Shown one piece after another: positions 1 to 10,020 of a stretch of 64,000 nucleotides of DNA. The DNA lies in the IMG/VR virus record IMGVR_UViG_3300032285_003860; one strand, written 5' to 3'. Made by a program: the position numbers and the translations under genes. Origin of the DNA: a virus. Positions within the stretch are counted from its first letter, which is position 1; each line of letters starts with the position of its first letter. Below the pieces are notes generated by a model. That model saw only the letters and a list, made by a program, of their open reading frames with translations, made no database searches and was not told where the DNA came from.

Positions 1-49
1 CCCCGAATTTATGAAAAAATTTTTGGATTGGAGACCAGCGGCACGGCGC

Positions 50-376
50 GGGGGGTCTTTTATAGATCTCCCCTTGAGTTTCGGTCAAATCTAATTATAT
101 TAAATTATAATTATAATTACATCATATTAAAATCTTAAAATCCCCTATTGTTTCTAATATCACTTAAAATCATCTGGGAGAAAAAATCAGAAGGGGTCCA
201 TATTTCCAAAGTAAATTCTAATTATATTAAATTATATTAAAGATACTATATTATTCTTATACTGTATATCATCATATTAAATTACAAACCATCTCTCTTC
301 ATCTAGTCTTTAATAAAATATAAATAAATAATAATATATTAATATTTGTATCTGATGTATAGGCACGACCCCCCCC
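50..376. repeat. AT-rich non-coding region with 20-bp direct repeat and G/C-run inverted ends (candidate origin or packaging-initiation region)
   Basis: TCTAATTATATTAAATTATA at 90-109 and 217-236; ATATTAAA core five times (97,124,224,234,274); GGGGGGTC (50-57) is the reverse complement of GACCCCCC (367-374); no ORF before 495. Confidence 0.55.
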
Positions 377-469
377 ATTTTTAAAAAATAAAAGCAAAAT
401 CAAAAAAAATCAAAATCATTCGGGTAAAAAAATCCACGGGGGCTTTTATTTTCTAAAGTATTTTCCCTG

Positions 470-476
470 GTGTAAT
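470..476 (+). promoter_or_regulatory. GTGTAAT candidate late promoter
   Basis: recurrent intergenic motif, 25 nt before ATG 495. Confidence 0.7.
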
Positions 477-494
477 ATAAGATAAGATAAAATT

Positions 495-776
495 ATGTAT
501 TTTACAGGAACATTTCAGGATTATGAGAACAGGTTGCATCAATTTGCTTCTACCCCAGGTTCAGGAGAAACTGGAGTTCAGGCGTTTAGTGGTTTCAATC
601 AATTTATAATTGAAGGTTCAGGGTATTTGGCGGCAGGGTATACTGGGTTTTCTGGAACCATGATTACAGGAATGGGATACAAATGGGAGCGCGAAGCCAG
701 ATTATCCTACTATAGACTCAGTGGTGATGGCGCCCTTTTAGCAAGATCTTTACTTTCCACGGGAATCATCATATAA
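495..776 (+). CDS. small Ser/Thr-Gly-rich hypothetical (probable virion) protein
   Basis: 93 aa ORF after GTGTAAT motif; 10 of 15 Gly preceded by S/T like the structural proteins. Confidence 0.7.
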   Translation: MYFTGTFQDYENRLHQFASTPGSGETGVQAFSGFNQFIIEGSGYLAAGYTGFSGTMITGMGYKWEREARLSYYRLSGDGALLARSLLSTGIII

Positions 777-784
777 TAAATAAC

Positions 785-1258
785 ATGAAAAAAATCTTTA
801 TCTTATATGTATTGTTGGTTACCACTTTGTTTTGCAATGCAGGTCAATGGACCAATTATCCTGTTGCTACAACTTTAGCTGGCACAGAAACATTTTTATT
901 TGGTACAGCAACAAATAATCAATTGATTGTTGCCACCAACATGGCCAGTCAATTGGCAATATTTAGTTGTCATTTAACGACTTCCACCGCCACAAGCGGA
1001 ACAGTTACTGCCGTAACAAATTATCAAAGCGAAACCATTTATCTCTCTAATAGTTCAACAATTTCATCAATTACAATTGCTTTGCCCACAACAACAATAA
1101 TTGGACAAATTTTTCGCATACATTCTAAAGCTGCAGTTACAACTTTGAGCGTCACTGGCACTTCATTTGCAGATTCCGCAGTTACATCATTAACTGCAGG
1201 TCAAACAATTGGTTACCAAGCTCAAAATGCTTCAGGAGCCTATATCAGAATTCAATAA
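785..1258 (+). CDS. signal-peptide-bearing Thr-rich fibre-like protein
   Basis: MKKIFILYVLLVTTLFCNA N-terminus; C-terminal ITIALPTTTIIGQIFRIHS beta-rich segment resembling phage fibre domains. Confidence 0.65.
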   Translation: MKKIFILYVLLVTTLFCNAGQWTNYPVATTLAGTETFLFGTATNNQLIVATNMASQLAIFSCHLTTSTATSGTVTAVTNYQSETIYLSNSSTISSITIALPTTTIIGQIFRIHSKAAVTTLSVTGTSFADSAVTSLTAGQTIGYQAQNASGAYIRIQ

Positions 1259-1278
1259 ATACTTTATGCTATCTAAAT

Positions 1279-1324
1279 GCCAAGTCTCACCCTGAGTTAA
1301 GGATGAAGCTTGGCTTTCTTTTTT
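1279..1324 (+). terminator. bulged hairpin plus U-tract directly before phoH start
   Basis: GCCAAG(1279-84)...CTTGGC(1309-14) stem with inner TCA.CCT/AGG.TGA pairing, then TTTCTTTTTT. Confidence 0.5.
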
Positions 1325-2068
1325 ATGAGTAAAAAACACAAAAACAAAAACAAAAACATTCCTCAAAAAGACCTTAGCCCAGTTGTGCCACAAAACTCCA
1401 AAATTAAAAGCGAGTTGCACATTTCTGAACGACAATTAAATGAAAAACAAAAACAATTTTTAGAAATTGCCCTCAATAAAGAAACTAAAATGATTTTTAT
1501 TTCTGGCCCCGCCGGAACATCAAAAACATTCCTTGCTGTCCTTGCCTCATTAAAGCTTTTAAATCAAAGAAAAATGAGCGACATCATTTATCTGCGCAGC
1601 GCAGTTGAGAGCAGCGATGCAAAATTAGGATACTTGCCTGGAGAGACCGCCGATAAACTTGCTCCCTACATGCAACCCCTGCTTGACAAATTGGGAGAAT
1701 TTCTTAGCAAAGCAGAAATTGAAGACCTCAAAAAGTCTGGCAGAATAGACAGTGTTCCAATTGGTTTTTTAAGAGGTCTCAGTTGGAACGCCAAATGCAT
1801 CATTGCTGATGAAGCGCAGAACTGCACCCAAAAAGAACTGGTCACTCTTATAACCAGAACTGGTGAGTTTAGTAAAGTATTTATCTTGGGTGACCCTGAG
1901 CAAAGTGATATTGGCTCAAAGAGTGGTTTCATAAAACTAATGAACATCTTTGATGATGAAGATAGCCGCAAAAATGGCATCTTTACATTTAGATTTACAG
2001 AAGAAGATATTGTTAGAAGCGGTCTTGTTAAGTTTATTATCAAGAAGATAAAAAACCTATCGACTTGA
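1325..2068 (+). CDS. phoH: PhoH-family ATPase
   Basis: GPAGTSKT Walker A, R-SAVE...LGYLPG, FLRG, IIADEAQN, TRTGE, GDPEQSD, EDIVRSGLV motifs; ATG 1325 preferred over TTG 1310. Confidence 0.95.
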   Translation: MSKKHKNKNKNIPQKDLSPVVPQNSKIKSELHISERQLNEKQKQFLEIALNKETKMIFISGPAGTSKTFLAVLASLKLLNQRKMSDIIYLRSAVESSDAKLGYLPGETADKLAPYMQPLLDKLGEFLSKAEIEDLKKSGRIDSVPIGFLRGLSWNAKCIIADEAQNCTQKELVTLITRTGEFSKVFILGDPEQSDIGSKSGFIKLMNIFDDEDSRKNGIFTFRFTEEDIVRSGLVKFIIKKIKNLST

Positions 2069-2495
2069 GCCAACTTTCAATTGGGTAGAATCTGGGCACT
2101 CCTCTTTTAACAGAAAGAATGTACTTGATTCTATCCTCTTTGTTCTCTTTGATAAACTCAAACATGTCAGTCTTTTGTCTTAAAGCAACAAAGTCAAAGC
2201 TCACCCCATTGTAATCTGGATGCGGCGGTTTATAAGCATTATCTTTTAATGATTTATTAACATCCTCTTTATCCGAAATATATACATGATTCCATAAGAC
2301 GCACATATTGTCATTCATATAATAATAGCCCTTGTATTTGCCTATATTCTCATATACCCTATCTAATATTTCATTAAAGTTATTTTCCCTTGCTAAAAAT
2401 TCACTGTCTGGGTGATATTTAATAAGCAATTCTTGGCATTTAACAAAGAAGTCCACCTTTTGTTCTGGCGTTAGTGATAGAAATAGTTGCGGCAT
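2040..2495 (-). CDS. hypothetical protein
   Basis: 151 aa ORF of normal composition filling the gap; 29-bp 3' overlap with phoH. Confidence 0.7.
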   Translation of the reverse strand: MPQLFLSLTPEQKVDFFVKCQELLIKYHPDSEFLARENNFNEILDRVYENIGKYKGYYYMNDNMCVLWNHVYISDKEDVNKSLKDNAYKPPHPDYNGVSFDFVALRQKTDMFEFIKENKEDRIKYILSVKRGVPRFYPIESWLKSIGFLSS

Positions 2496-2562
2496 ATGTA
2501 TGTGTATTAAAAAATATAATTAAATTTAATTATTTACTATACAATATATTAAACATTTCAAT

Positions 2563-3003
2563 ATGAATATCATTAATAAATTTTGCCACAACTGCGGAGT
2601 AAAATTGATACCCACCGCAAAGTTTTGTGGAGAATGCGGAACTTCTCAGGCATCTTTGGCTTCAAAACCACCTGAACCCGCCAAGCCACCACAGAAAAAG
2701 CAAAATCAATCATTTGAACCATTTGTTGCTCGTCGTAATGGCAACAGCGATGATGACGATGATGATGATAGTTACATTGACCATATTGACCATTTAAATA
2801 TATCAATATCTTCATTGGATGTTGATTTGGGTCCGCAAGGCAAACCAATAAAAGAAACATTTGCTGGAGTAATGTCTCATGGAGCTCAAATGGGTCAGCA
2901 CGCAGATTCATTTATCAGGCAGGTGGTTGATACAGGTCCAATTGATCAACAAGCATTTCTAAAACAGTTTCAGCAAGAGGCTGGTACTTTAAGAAATAAA
3001 TAA
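2563..3003 (+). CDS. zinc-ribbon domain protein
   Basis: N-terminal CHNCG...AKFCGECG; acidic poly-Asp tract. Confidence 0.8.
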   Translation: MNIINKFCHNCGVKLIPTAKFCGECGTSQASLASKPPEPAKPPQKKQNQSFEPFVARRNGNSDDDDDDDSYIDHIDHLNISISSLDVDLGPQGKPIKETFAGVMSHGAQMGQHADSFIRQVVDTGPIDQQAFLKQFQQEAGTLRNK

Positions 3004-3006
3004 TCC

Positions 3007-3687
3007 ATGACAAAAATTAAAAGGCCCAGGTTTGAGGATAGCCTTCCTTTAATCAATCAGGAAATAGCAAAGAGAAAATCTAAATGGAGTTTGTCATCAA
3101 TTGCTTGGATGGACTATGACGATGTATCCCAGATAATAAGAATACATATTCATCAAAAATGGAAACAATACAATCCAGAAAAACCATTGCAGCCTTGGAT
3201 TGGAATGATTATAACCAATCAAATCAGAAACTTAGTCAGAAATCATTATACAAATTATGCTCGCCCTTGTTTAAGATGTGACGCCGCAATAGATACAGAT
3301 GGTTGTAAAATTTATAAAGAACAATGTGAATCCTGCCCACTCTATGCTCATTGGAAAAAGAATAAACAACCTGCAAATTTTGTTAAACTGCCACTCTCAA
3401 TAGAAAATCATTCTCACGAAATACAAGAAATCTCCGAGCAATCAAGTTATTCACGAGATGATGAAAATAAATTGCACATCATAATGAAAAAGATTCTAAA
3501 AGCTGTAGAATATCAAGTTTACAAAGGTTTGTATATTGACCATAAAGAAGAATCTGATGTTGCTAAAAAGCTTGGCTTCATTTCCAATGAAAAAGGTCGC
3601 GCCCCAGGATACAGGCAACTAAAAAATATTCAAAAGTCTATTATTAATAAGGCTAAAAAATATATGAAAGAAGAGGGGCTAAATTAA
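3007..3687 (+). CDS. phage sigma-70/ECF-like sigma factor with Cys-rich insert (candidate late sigma)
   Basis: region-2-like DYDDVSQIIRIHIHQKWKQYNPEKPLQPWIGMIITNQIRNLVR; region-4-like EYQVYKGLYIDHKEESDVAKKLG; CLRC..C..C..C between them. Confidence 0.7.
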   Translation: MTKIKRPRFEDSLPLINQEIAKRKSKWSLSSIAWMDYDDVSQIIRIHIHQKWKQYNPEKPLQPWIGMIITNQIRNLVRNHYTNYARPCLRCDAAIDTDGCKIYKEQCESCPLYAHWKKNKQPANFVKLPLSIENHSHEIQEISEQSSYSRDDENKLHIIMKKILKAVEYQVYKGLYIDHKEESDVAKKLGFISNEKGRAPGYRQLKNIQKSIINKAKKYMKEEGLN

Positions 3688-3688
3688 T

Positions 3689-4792
3689 ATGGAAACAGTG
3701 CAAGAGGCATTAACTCCAGAACAAGAAAAACAAGTTTTAGATCTCTGGAATAAAAACCCCAACAGTCCGCCAGGATTAAAAGAATTGACTCAAGGAATTT
3801 TTGGCGGCGAATATGATGGCAGAAGCTGGCAGGGCAGAGTTATTAAAGCTTTCCTTGCAAAATGTAATTTAAAAGCAAAAGCTTCTAGCGATTATTCACC
3901 CAAAACTCAAGAAGTTATTTTAACAGAAGATCATAAGCAATATATTATCAATAATGCCTCTACAATGACTTCTTTGGACATGGCTAAGATATTGTTCAAT
4001 AACAATAATTTAACAAACCTCAATGCTGAAACTCGCGTAGTTAATGAATTTACAAAAACTTTGGATGGCAGAGTAGTTTACAATCAAGCGCAAAACGAAG
4101 ATGTCCCCACTGAAAATTATCAACCTCCTGCAACAATTGATAAGGTTTTAAGGAGAGTCAATAAGTATGTCAATTCTACCCTAGATAAAGAAAAGTTAAA
4201 TGCAAAACAAAAAAAGGGTTTAGAAATGTTGATTAATTATCTTCATACCTACAGATTCATTAGACAAATGAATACTTTTGAAAGTCAAGAAGATAGGAAT
4301 CTTTGCGAAGACTCTTTTATCCGTTACACCTACGATAAACCAGATTTAACACAAGAAGAAATTGACCAATATATTGAATTGTCAAATCAGACTGTGCGTA
4401 GCTTTAGCATCAAAAGAAGAAGTGAGTTGATGCAGGCAAGACTAGAAGAATTTACTACTGCTGATCCAGAGTCAATGAAAGTTTCCATGGGATTGGTAGA
4501 AGCAATTGGTAAAGCTGGAACAGAGTATGACCAATGTTTGAAACGATGCAATGACCTTCTTGATGATCTTAAAGAAAAAAGAAGTACCCGCCTTTCCAAA
4601 CAGATAAAAGAAAATGCTTCTATTTTAAATCTTGTTGAAGATTGGCGCAATGAAGAACAGCGTTTAAAAATGCTTAAACTGGGAGAGTTAGAGCAGGTTG
4701 CCATAGCAAACGAAGTTGAAAAACTCACAAGCATGGCAGAAATCAAAGCAAGAATTTTGGGTTTAGACAGGGATTCTATTTTATATGGATAA
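3689..4792 (+). CDS. hypothetical helical/coiled-coil protein (possible small terminase or packaging factor)
   Basis: 367 aa; HTH-like N-terminal segments, long C-terminal coiled coil; two genes upstream of terL in an overlapping chain. Confidence 0.5.
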   Translation: METVQEALTPEQEKQVLDLWNKNPNSPPGLKELTQGIFGGEYDGRSWQGRVIKAFLAKCNLKAKASSDYSPKTQEVILTEDHKQYIINNASTMTSLDMAKILFNNNNLTNLNAETRVVNEFTKTLDGRVVYNQAQNEDVPTENYQPPATIDKVLRRVNKYVNSTLDKEKLNAKQKKGLEMLINYLHTYRFIRQMNTFESQEDRNLCEDSFIRYTYDKPDLTQEEIDQYIELSNQTVRSFSIKRRSELMQARLEEFTTADPESMKVSMGLVEAIGKAGTEYDQCLKRCNDLLDDLKEKRSTRLSKQIKENASILNLVEDWRNEEQRLKMLKLGELEQVAIANEVEKLTSMAEIKARILGLDRDSILYG

Positions 4793-5708
4793 TATTATTT
4801 GCAAAGTTTGCGATAGAAAATTTGATAATGATAGCGGTCTTCATAAACATTTGAAGACCCATAAGATGACTCAGGCAGAATACTATCAAAAATTTTATCC
4901 TAGACGAGATAGATCTAATGGATCACTAATTAAATATAAAAATAAAGAATTTTATTTTAGTGCAGAATTTAATTCTAAAAATAATTTAAAAGCATGGTTA
5001 GATTCTGTTGCGCCTATAACTGGAGAAATTTATACCAAAAATTTCCTTTTAAAAAGAAAAGAAAAAAAAGGTTTAGTTTATGCACCCACTCAAATTGAAT
5101 TGAGAACATTAATGGTTCCTGGAATTAAATATATTAACGAAAAATTTGGTGACTACAATCAATTTTGTGAAAAATTAGGATTTAAAGTTCGTTTTCCAAA
5201 AAAAGAATTAGATCAAAAAGATTTCAAAGATATTTCTAAAAAAGTAATATTTGCCGATTCAAGAGAGCAAAATCCATTGGACTTTGACAATACTACTAGA
5301 ACAAAAGGCATGAGTTTTGGAGATTATAGAATGGCTAATTCTAATATCTATATTGAACGTAAAAGCCTTGGGGATGCATGGGGAACATTATCTGGTGGAA
5401 TAGAAAGATTTGAAAGAGAAATTATTAGAGCCAAGGAGGCTGGAGCTTATTTAATCATATTAGTAGAGAGTTCGTTTGATTCATTAGAGAAGTTCCCAAC
5501 CCAAAGACAGGTTTATGGTAAAATTAAAATACCCATAGAGTTTATTCATCACAACATTAGAGATTTATTGCAGAAGCATGAATGTATTCAATTTCTCTTT
5601 GTAAGAAATAGGGATGAAGCAAGTAGAATCATTCAAAAAATATTCTCTGCCGATGAGCAAGTAAAACAAGTTGATCTTCAATATTTATATGATATAGGAG
5701 AATTATGA
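4785..5708 (+). CDS. C2H2 zinc finger plus ERCC4/XPF-type nuclease
   Basis: CKVC...HLKTH; DSREQ, GDY, IERKSLGD, ERFEREI, YLIILVE motifs. Confidence 0.85.
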   Translation: MDNIICKVCDRKFDNDSGLHKHLKTHKMTQAEYYQKFYPRRDRSNGSLIKYKNKEFYFSAEFNSKNNLKAWLDSVAPITGEIYTKNFLLKRKEKKGLVYAPTQIELRTLMVPGIKYINEKFGDYNQFCEKLGFKVRFPKKELDQKDFKDISKKVIFADSREQNPLDFDNTTRTKGMSFGDYRMANSNIYIERKSLGDAWGTLSGGIERFEREIIRAKEAGAYLIILVESSFDSLEKFPTQRQVYGKIKIPIEFIHHNIRDLLQKHECIQFLFVRNRDEASRIIQKIFSADEQVKQVDLQYLYDIGEL

Positions 5709-7546
5709 GCTGGCATTCTCCCGAAAAATATAAAGTTCCAGTAGAAGATGTAAATAAAATCTTCTTAGATTTAAAAGGCGAATTGGAGCCAAAAGAAGCA
5801 AGAATTACTCTTGCTAGATTTCTTCACCGCAATCTTGGTTTAACTACAGAATTATTGACTGGAGTTAAATTATATCCTGACCAAATTATAAATATTAAGG
5901 GAATGATGCAGAGTAATTTTACTCTTTGTGTCTGGGGGCGCGGTCTTGGTAAAACATTTTCAGCGGCGATGTTTTGTATATTGCAAACCATCTTTTATCC
6001 AGGATCAAATATCCTTATTGCTGGACCAACATTTAGAACTGCTCGTTTTATCTTTAATCACATTGAAAAAATATGTGACAGCCATGATGCCCAATTACTT
6101 TTTCAAGCAATGGGAGTAAAAAGTAAAAGAAATGACGAATTTAGATGGAAAATTAATGGAGGTGAGATTGTTGCCATTCCGCTTAATGGAGAAAAGATTC
6201 GCGGTTTCCGTGCCAACATATTAATTATTGACGAGTTCCTTTTGATGAATGAGGATTTAGTCGAAAAAGTATTGATGCCATTTCTTTTGGCTCCTCAAGA
6301 CATTAAAGAGCGTCAAATTATCAGAGCAAAAGAAACAGAGCTTATTCGTAGAGGAGTTTTAAAAGAAGAAGATAGGATGGAGTTCTCTAATAAAGCTAAA
6401 CTGATTGCGCTTTCTTCAGCAAGTTATACTTGCGAATTTCTTTATAAAAAGTATGATGAATTTGTTAAACAAATCTATTCTCCAGAGATATCAGAGAATG
6501 GAGCCAAATACTTTGTAAGTCAAATGGCTTGGGATGCAATTCCTCTTGACCGCGTGGACAAGAATATTATTAAACAAGCCCAAAGCAATGAATCAAATGC
6601 TGCCACATTCAAGAGAGAATATGGTGCCCAATTTATTGATGGGTCAGACAGTTATTTTTCAATGAAGAAAATGATTGAATGTACCGTCCCAGATGGAGAG
6701 ACTCCAACGCTTTTACTCCAAGGTAAAAAAGATAAAAAATATATCTTAGCCATTGACCCCAACTTCTCTAACTCTGCCACTGCTGACCATTTTGGTATGT
6801 GCGTCATAGAATTAGATGAGGAACCAGGAAGGATTGGTGGAACGGTTGTTCATAACTATGCCAAAGCTGGTAAAGACCTAAAAGATCATATTAATTATTT
6901 TTATTACATATATAGTAATTTTAATATTGACCTAATTATTATTGACTATGCTGGTTATCAATTCATTGAATCTGCTAATGAAAGTGAATTGTTTAGGAAA
7001 GATGGTATAGAAATTAAAGTATTTGAATTTTATGCTGAAAAAGATGGGGCAGAATTAGAAGATCAATTAAAATTAGCAAGAAAGGGCTACAATAAACAAA
7101 TGCATAAGATTGCTTTTACCCAATATTTTACATCAGACTTTATCAGAAAAGGAAATGAATGGCTACAAGGATGCATTGACTATAAAAAGATTTGGTTTGG
7201 TGGCGGCATAAAAGCTGATGGCTCATCATTTGAAAAAGCTGTTTCTGCAAATGTTGATTTAAATTTAATAGATGAAGAAAGCGTCTCCGACTTGATTGAT
7301 ACCCAAGAAATCTTGCTCAAAAATACAAAATATGAGTGCGCTTCTATTGAAGTAAAAACCACAGCAAAGGGTACCCAAAGCTTTGATTTACCACAAATAA
7401 TGAAAAGAGACAATACATCAACAAGAATGAGGCGCGACTCCTATACTGCCCTTATGCTTGGTTGCTGGGGAATGAAATGTTATTATGACATTACCAGATG
7501 TCCACAAGAAGAAAATAACTCTACTTTTGAACCAGTGCTTCTTTAA
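5705..7546 (+). CDS. terL: terminase large subunit
   Basis: LYPDQ adenine-binding motif, GRGLGKT Walker A, ILIIDE Walker B, LSSA motif III, RNase H-like LAIDP / IIIDYAG / RRDSYTAL. Confidence 0.93.
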   Translation: MSWHSPEKYKVPVEDVNKIFLDLKGELEPKEARITLARFLHRNLGLTTELLTGVKLYPDQIINIKGMMQSNFTLCVWGRGLGKTFSAAMFCILQTIFYPGSNILIAGPTFRTARFIFNHIEKICDSHDAQLLFQAMGVKSKRNDEFRWKINGGEIVAIPLNGEKIRGFRANILIIDEFLLMNEDLVEKVLMPFLLAPQDIKERQIIRAKETELIRRGVLKEEDRMEFSNKAKLIALSSASYTCEFLYKKYDEFVKQIYSPEISENGAKYFVSQMAWDAIPLDRVDKNIIKQAQSNESNAATFKREYGAQFIDGSDSYFSMKKMIECTVPDGETPTLLLQGKKDKKYILAIDPNFSNSATADHFGMCVIELDEEPGRIGGTVVHNYAKAGKDLKDHINYFYYIYSNFNIDLIIIDYAGYQFIESANESELFRKDGIEIKVFEFYAEKDGAELEDQLKLARKGYNKQMHKIAFTQYFTSDFIRKGNEWLQGCIDYKKIWFGGGIKADGSSFEKAVSANVDLNLIDEESVSDLIDTQEILLKNTKYECASIEVKTTAKGTQSFDLPQIMKRDNTSTRMRRDSYTALMLGCWGMKCYYDITRCPQEENNSTFEPVLL

Positions 7547-7558
7547 TTAATATTAAAA

Positions 7559-7565
7559 GTGTAAT
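7559..7565 (+). promoter_or_regulatory. GTGTAAT candidate late promoter
   Basis: 20 nt before ATG 7579. Confidence 0.72.
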
Positions 7566-7578
7566 TATTCTTTAGGAT

Positions 7579-10020
7579 ATGGCATTTGATTCAACAATTA
7601 GAGTAAGGCAGATAAACCAAACAGAACTTTCGGGTTTTGTTGTTGGTGTTGTACCCTCTTCTTCTTATCTTTTATCTGGCAATATTACTCCATCTGGTAG
7701 CGGAATTTATAGCTTAGGTTCATCAACAAATTATTATAAAAATGTTTATTCAAATGCTATTACACTCCCTTCTGGTAGCGGAATTCAAATTGGAAGCTCT
7801 TTCCTTACTGCTTATAGTTCTGGTGGGGCCGGAGTTGTTCAAATAGATGGATATAAGATTACATCTTCTGGAAACTTTATTTCAATTCAGGGGCCGCAGG
7901 GTATTCAAGGGCCAAGTGGAGCAACAGGAATAACGGGTCCAACTGGCACAAGCGTTACTGGGGCATCCTACAATTCATCAAATTATCAGCTGACTCTTTA
8001 TTTTAATAATAGCACTTCTTCCGTACTTGATATTCCTCCATTAACTGGGGCAACAGGCGTTTCCCTTACTGGATTTTATCAAAGCGGTAATTATATATAT
8101 CCTCAATTTGATAATTATCAACCTCTTGGTGCACCCGTCCAACTGATTGCTGGTCCACAAGGACCACCAGGGTCCATTAATTTATATTTTAATTCAGGAT
8201 CCAATGTTCCCTCTTATCCAAAAGTAAATTTTCCAAGTGGGGTAACTGTTGATAGTTATTATGTTGGAACCATTAATCCTCCTATATCTTTAATGAGGGG
8301 AATGGCGTATACAATTGATGCCAGTGGATTAAGTACTCATAGAATTACTCAATCGGATATTGATATTTTAACTGGTTTATTTTTTACTGGAAGCGCGGTA
8401 CCATTCAATGTTGGAGATTATTTAAACTATTATACTGATCCTACAAATGGTACAGGATATTGGAGAATGGTATTTTTTCCAAATGCAACCGCAACTGGTT
8501 ATTATGACACTTCTACAAGCCCGACTTTATTTAACAATATAGAAAATACTAATAGCGAAGTTTATTATAGTACTTTGCAAAATAATGCTGCAAGAACAAA
8601 GATTTCATTTACAACCAATTTTACAGCCTTAAGTAATTATAAATATGGTTTTGCTCTTTATTCCCTTGGTGGAGATACAACTTTAGATTATCTTGTTACT
8701 TATCCAACTGGATATGCAATTGTTTGTGGAGATGTAAATGTTTCTTCTGGTATTGGACCAATTGGTCCAGTTGGTCCATCGGGGGCACAAGGACCCTCTG
8801 GTTTACAAGGTCCAAGTGGTGCAACAGGAATTGGCGTAGGAATTTATTCTTCCCAATATCAACAAGTTGGTACTAATGCTTATCAGTTAAGATTTTTAAA
8901 AACAGACGGTAACTATACAAATTGGGTTCCTCTGCCAAGCGGTGGGCCTTCTGGAGTAGATGGCCCTCAAGGTCCTCCAGGATCTTTAACAAATTATTTT
9001 TCTGGAGAATTTAATCCCGCCCTTGATTATGGAGTCAACTCCACAATATCTTATATTGGTTCTACATATATAAATACAGGCCCTTCTGCTTTGGGAATTT
9101 ATCCTCCTTCTGCACCTTGGCAATTACTTGCCAAATCTGGTGCAATCGGTGCAACAGGAGCTTCTGGAATAGCTGACCGATATAGTTCAAGCTTTTATGT
9201 AATTTCTGGTTTTCCAACGGGAACGGGGTCCTACGCTAACAATATAACTGGTATAACCGTAAATGGTTCAGGATTAAGTGGGACTGGAGCAAGATTTCAA
9301 ACTGGTCAAATTGTTTCTTTTAGAAATAGTGGATTAATTGGATATTCTTATACGCCTTATCAGAATATCGTTATTGCATCAAATACCTATGCTGGTACTT
9401 ATTGCTGGGGGCAAGTAAACTCATATAATTCTACTAGTGGCATTTTGAGTTTTACTGTTCAATCTGGTGGAACGGGCATAGTTAATACTACTGTTTCTGG
9501 AGGTTATTTTTTATGGTATAATTATGGTAATGCCACTATAAACCTTGGGGCAAATTTAATGACTGGTGCGCCAGGTCCTGTTGGTCCACAAGGTCCTGTG
9601 GGACCATCTGGTCAACCATCATTATTAAGATATACTAGTGATTATATATTAAATTTTAATGGAAATTATGATTCAGTTGTTTTGCAACCTTCTGGATTGG
9701 ATATTTTTAATTTGATAATTACTGGACAGTTTAATGCAGGTGCACACCAGCCTATAATAAATTTTGATTTTAGTAATTTCTATACTGGAAAATCTATAAT
9801 AATGAAGGTAAGGAATAGTGGAGTAAATTATAGCGATATCGCTGATCCGCCGTTATTTTCATTTACTGGTAATGCAACAGGTATCAGATGGCCAGCAGAC
9901 CAATACTCTTTTCCTAACAATGGATATGTGTATATCTATACAATAATAAGATTCCCTGATGATAACGGGGTAACGGGATTGTTTGGAACATATTCTAATC
10001 CCTATACCTACAATAGGTAA
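7579..10020 (+). CDS. collagen-repeat fibre protein with FDSTIR N-terminal module
   Basis: several Gly-X-Y runs (GPQGIQGPSGATG etc.) separated by beta-rich domains. Confidence 0.85.
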   Translation: MAFDSTIRVRQINQTELSGFVVGVVPSSSYLLSGNITPSGSGIYSLGSSTNYYKNVYSNAITLPSGSGIQIGSSFLTAYSSGGAGVVQIDGYKITSSGNFISIQGPQGIQGPSGATGITGPTGTSVTGASYNSSNYQLTLYFNNSTSSVLDIPPLTGATGVSLTGFYQSGNYIYPQFDNYQPLGAPVQLIAGPQGPPGSINLYFNSGSNVPSYPKVNFPSGVTVDSYYVGTINPPISLMRGMAYTIDASGLSTHRITQSDIDILTGLFFTGSAVPFNVGDYLNYYTDPTNGTGYWRMVFFPNATATGYYDTSTSPTLFNNIENTNSEVYYSTLQNNAARTKISFTTNFTALSNYKYGFALYSLGGDTTLDYLVTYPTGYAIVCGDVNVSSGIGPIGPVGPSGAQGPSGLQGPSGATGIGVGIYSSQYQQVGTNAYQLRFLKTDGNYTNWVPLPSGGPSGVDGPQGPPGSLTNYFSGEFNPALDYGVNSTISYIGSTYINTGPSALGIYPPSAPWQLLAKSGAIGATGASGIADRYSSSFYVISGFPTGTGSYANNITGITVNGSGLSGTGARFQTGQIVSFRNSGLIGYSYTPYQNIVIASNTYAGTYCWGQVNSYNSTSGILSFTVQSGGTGIVNTTVSGGYFLWYNYGNATINLGANLMTGAPGPVGPQGPVGPSGQPSLLRYTSDYILNFNGNYDSVVLQPSGLDIFNLIITGQFNAGAHQPIINFDFSNFYTGKSIIMKVRNSGVNYSDIADPPLFSFTGNATGIRWPADQYSFPNNGYVYIYTIIRFPDDNGVTGLFGTYSNPYTYNR

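Noticed and set aside
5705-7546. intein or intron in terminase
   Set aside because: normal length, continuous motifs, no intein splice or homing-endonuclease signatures
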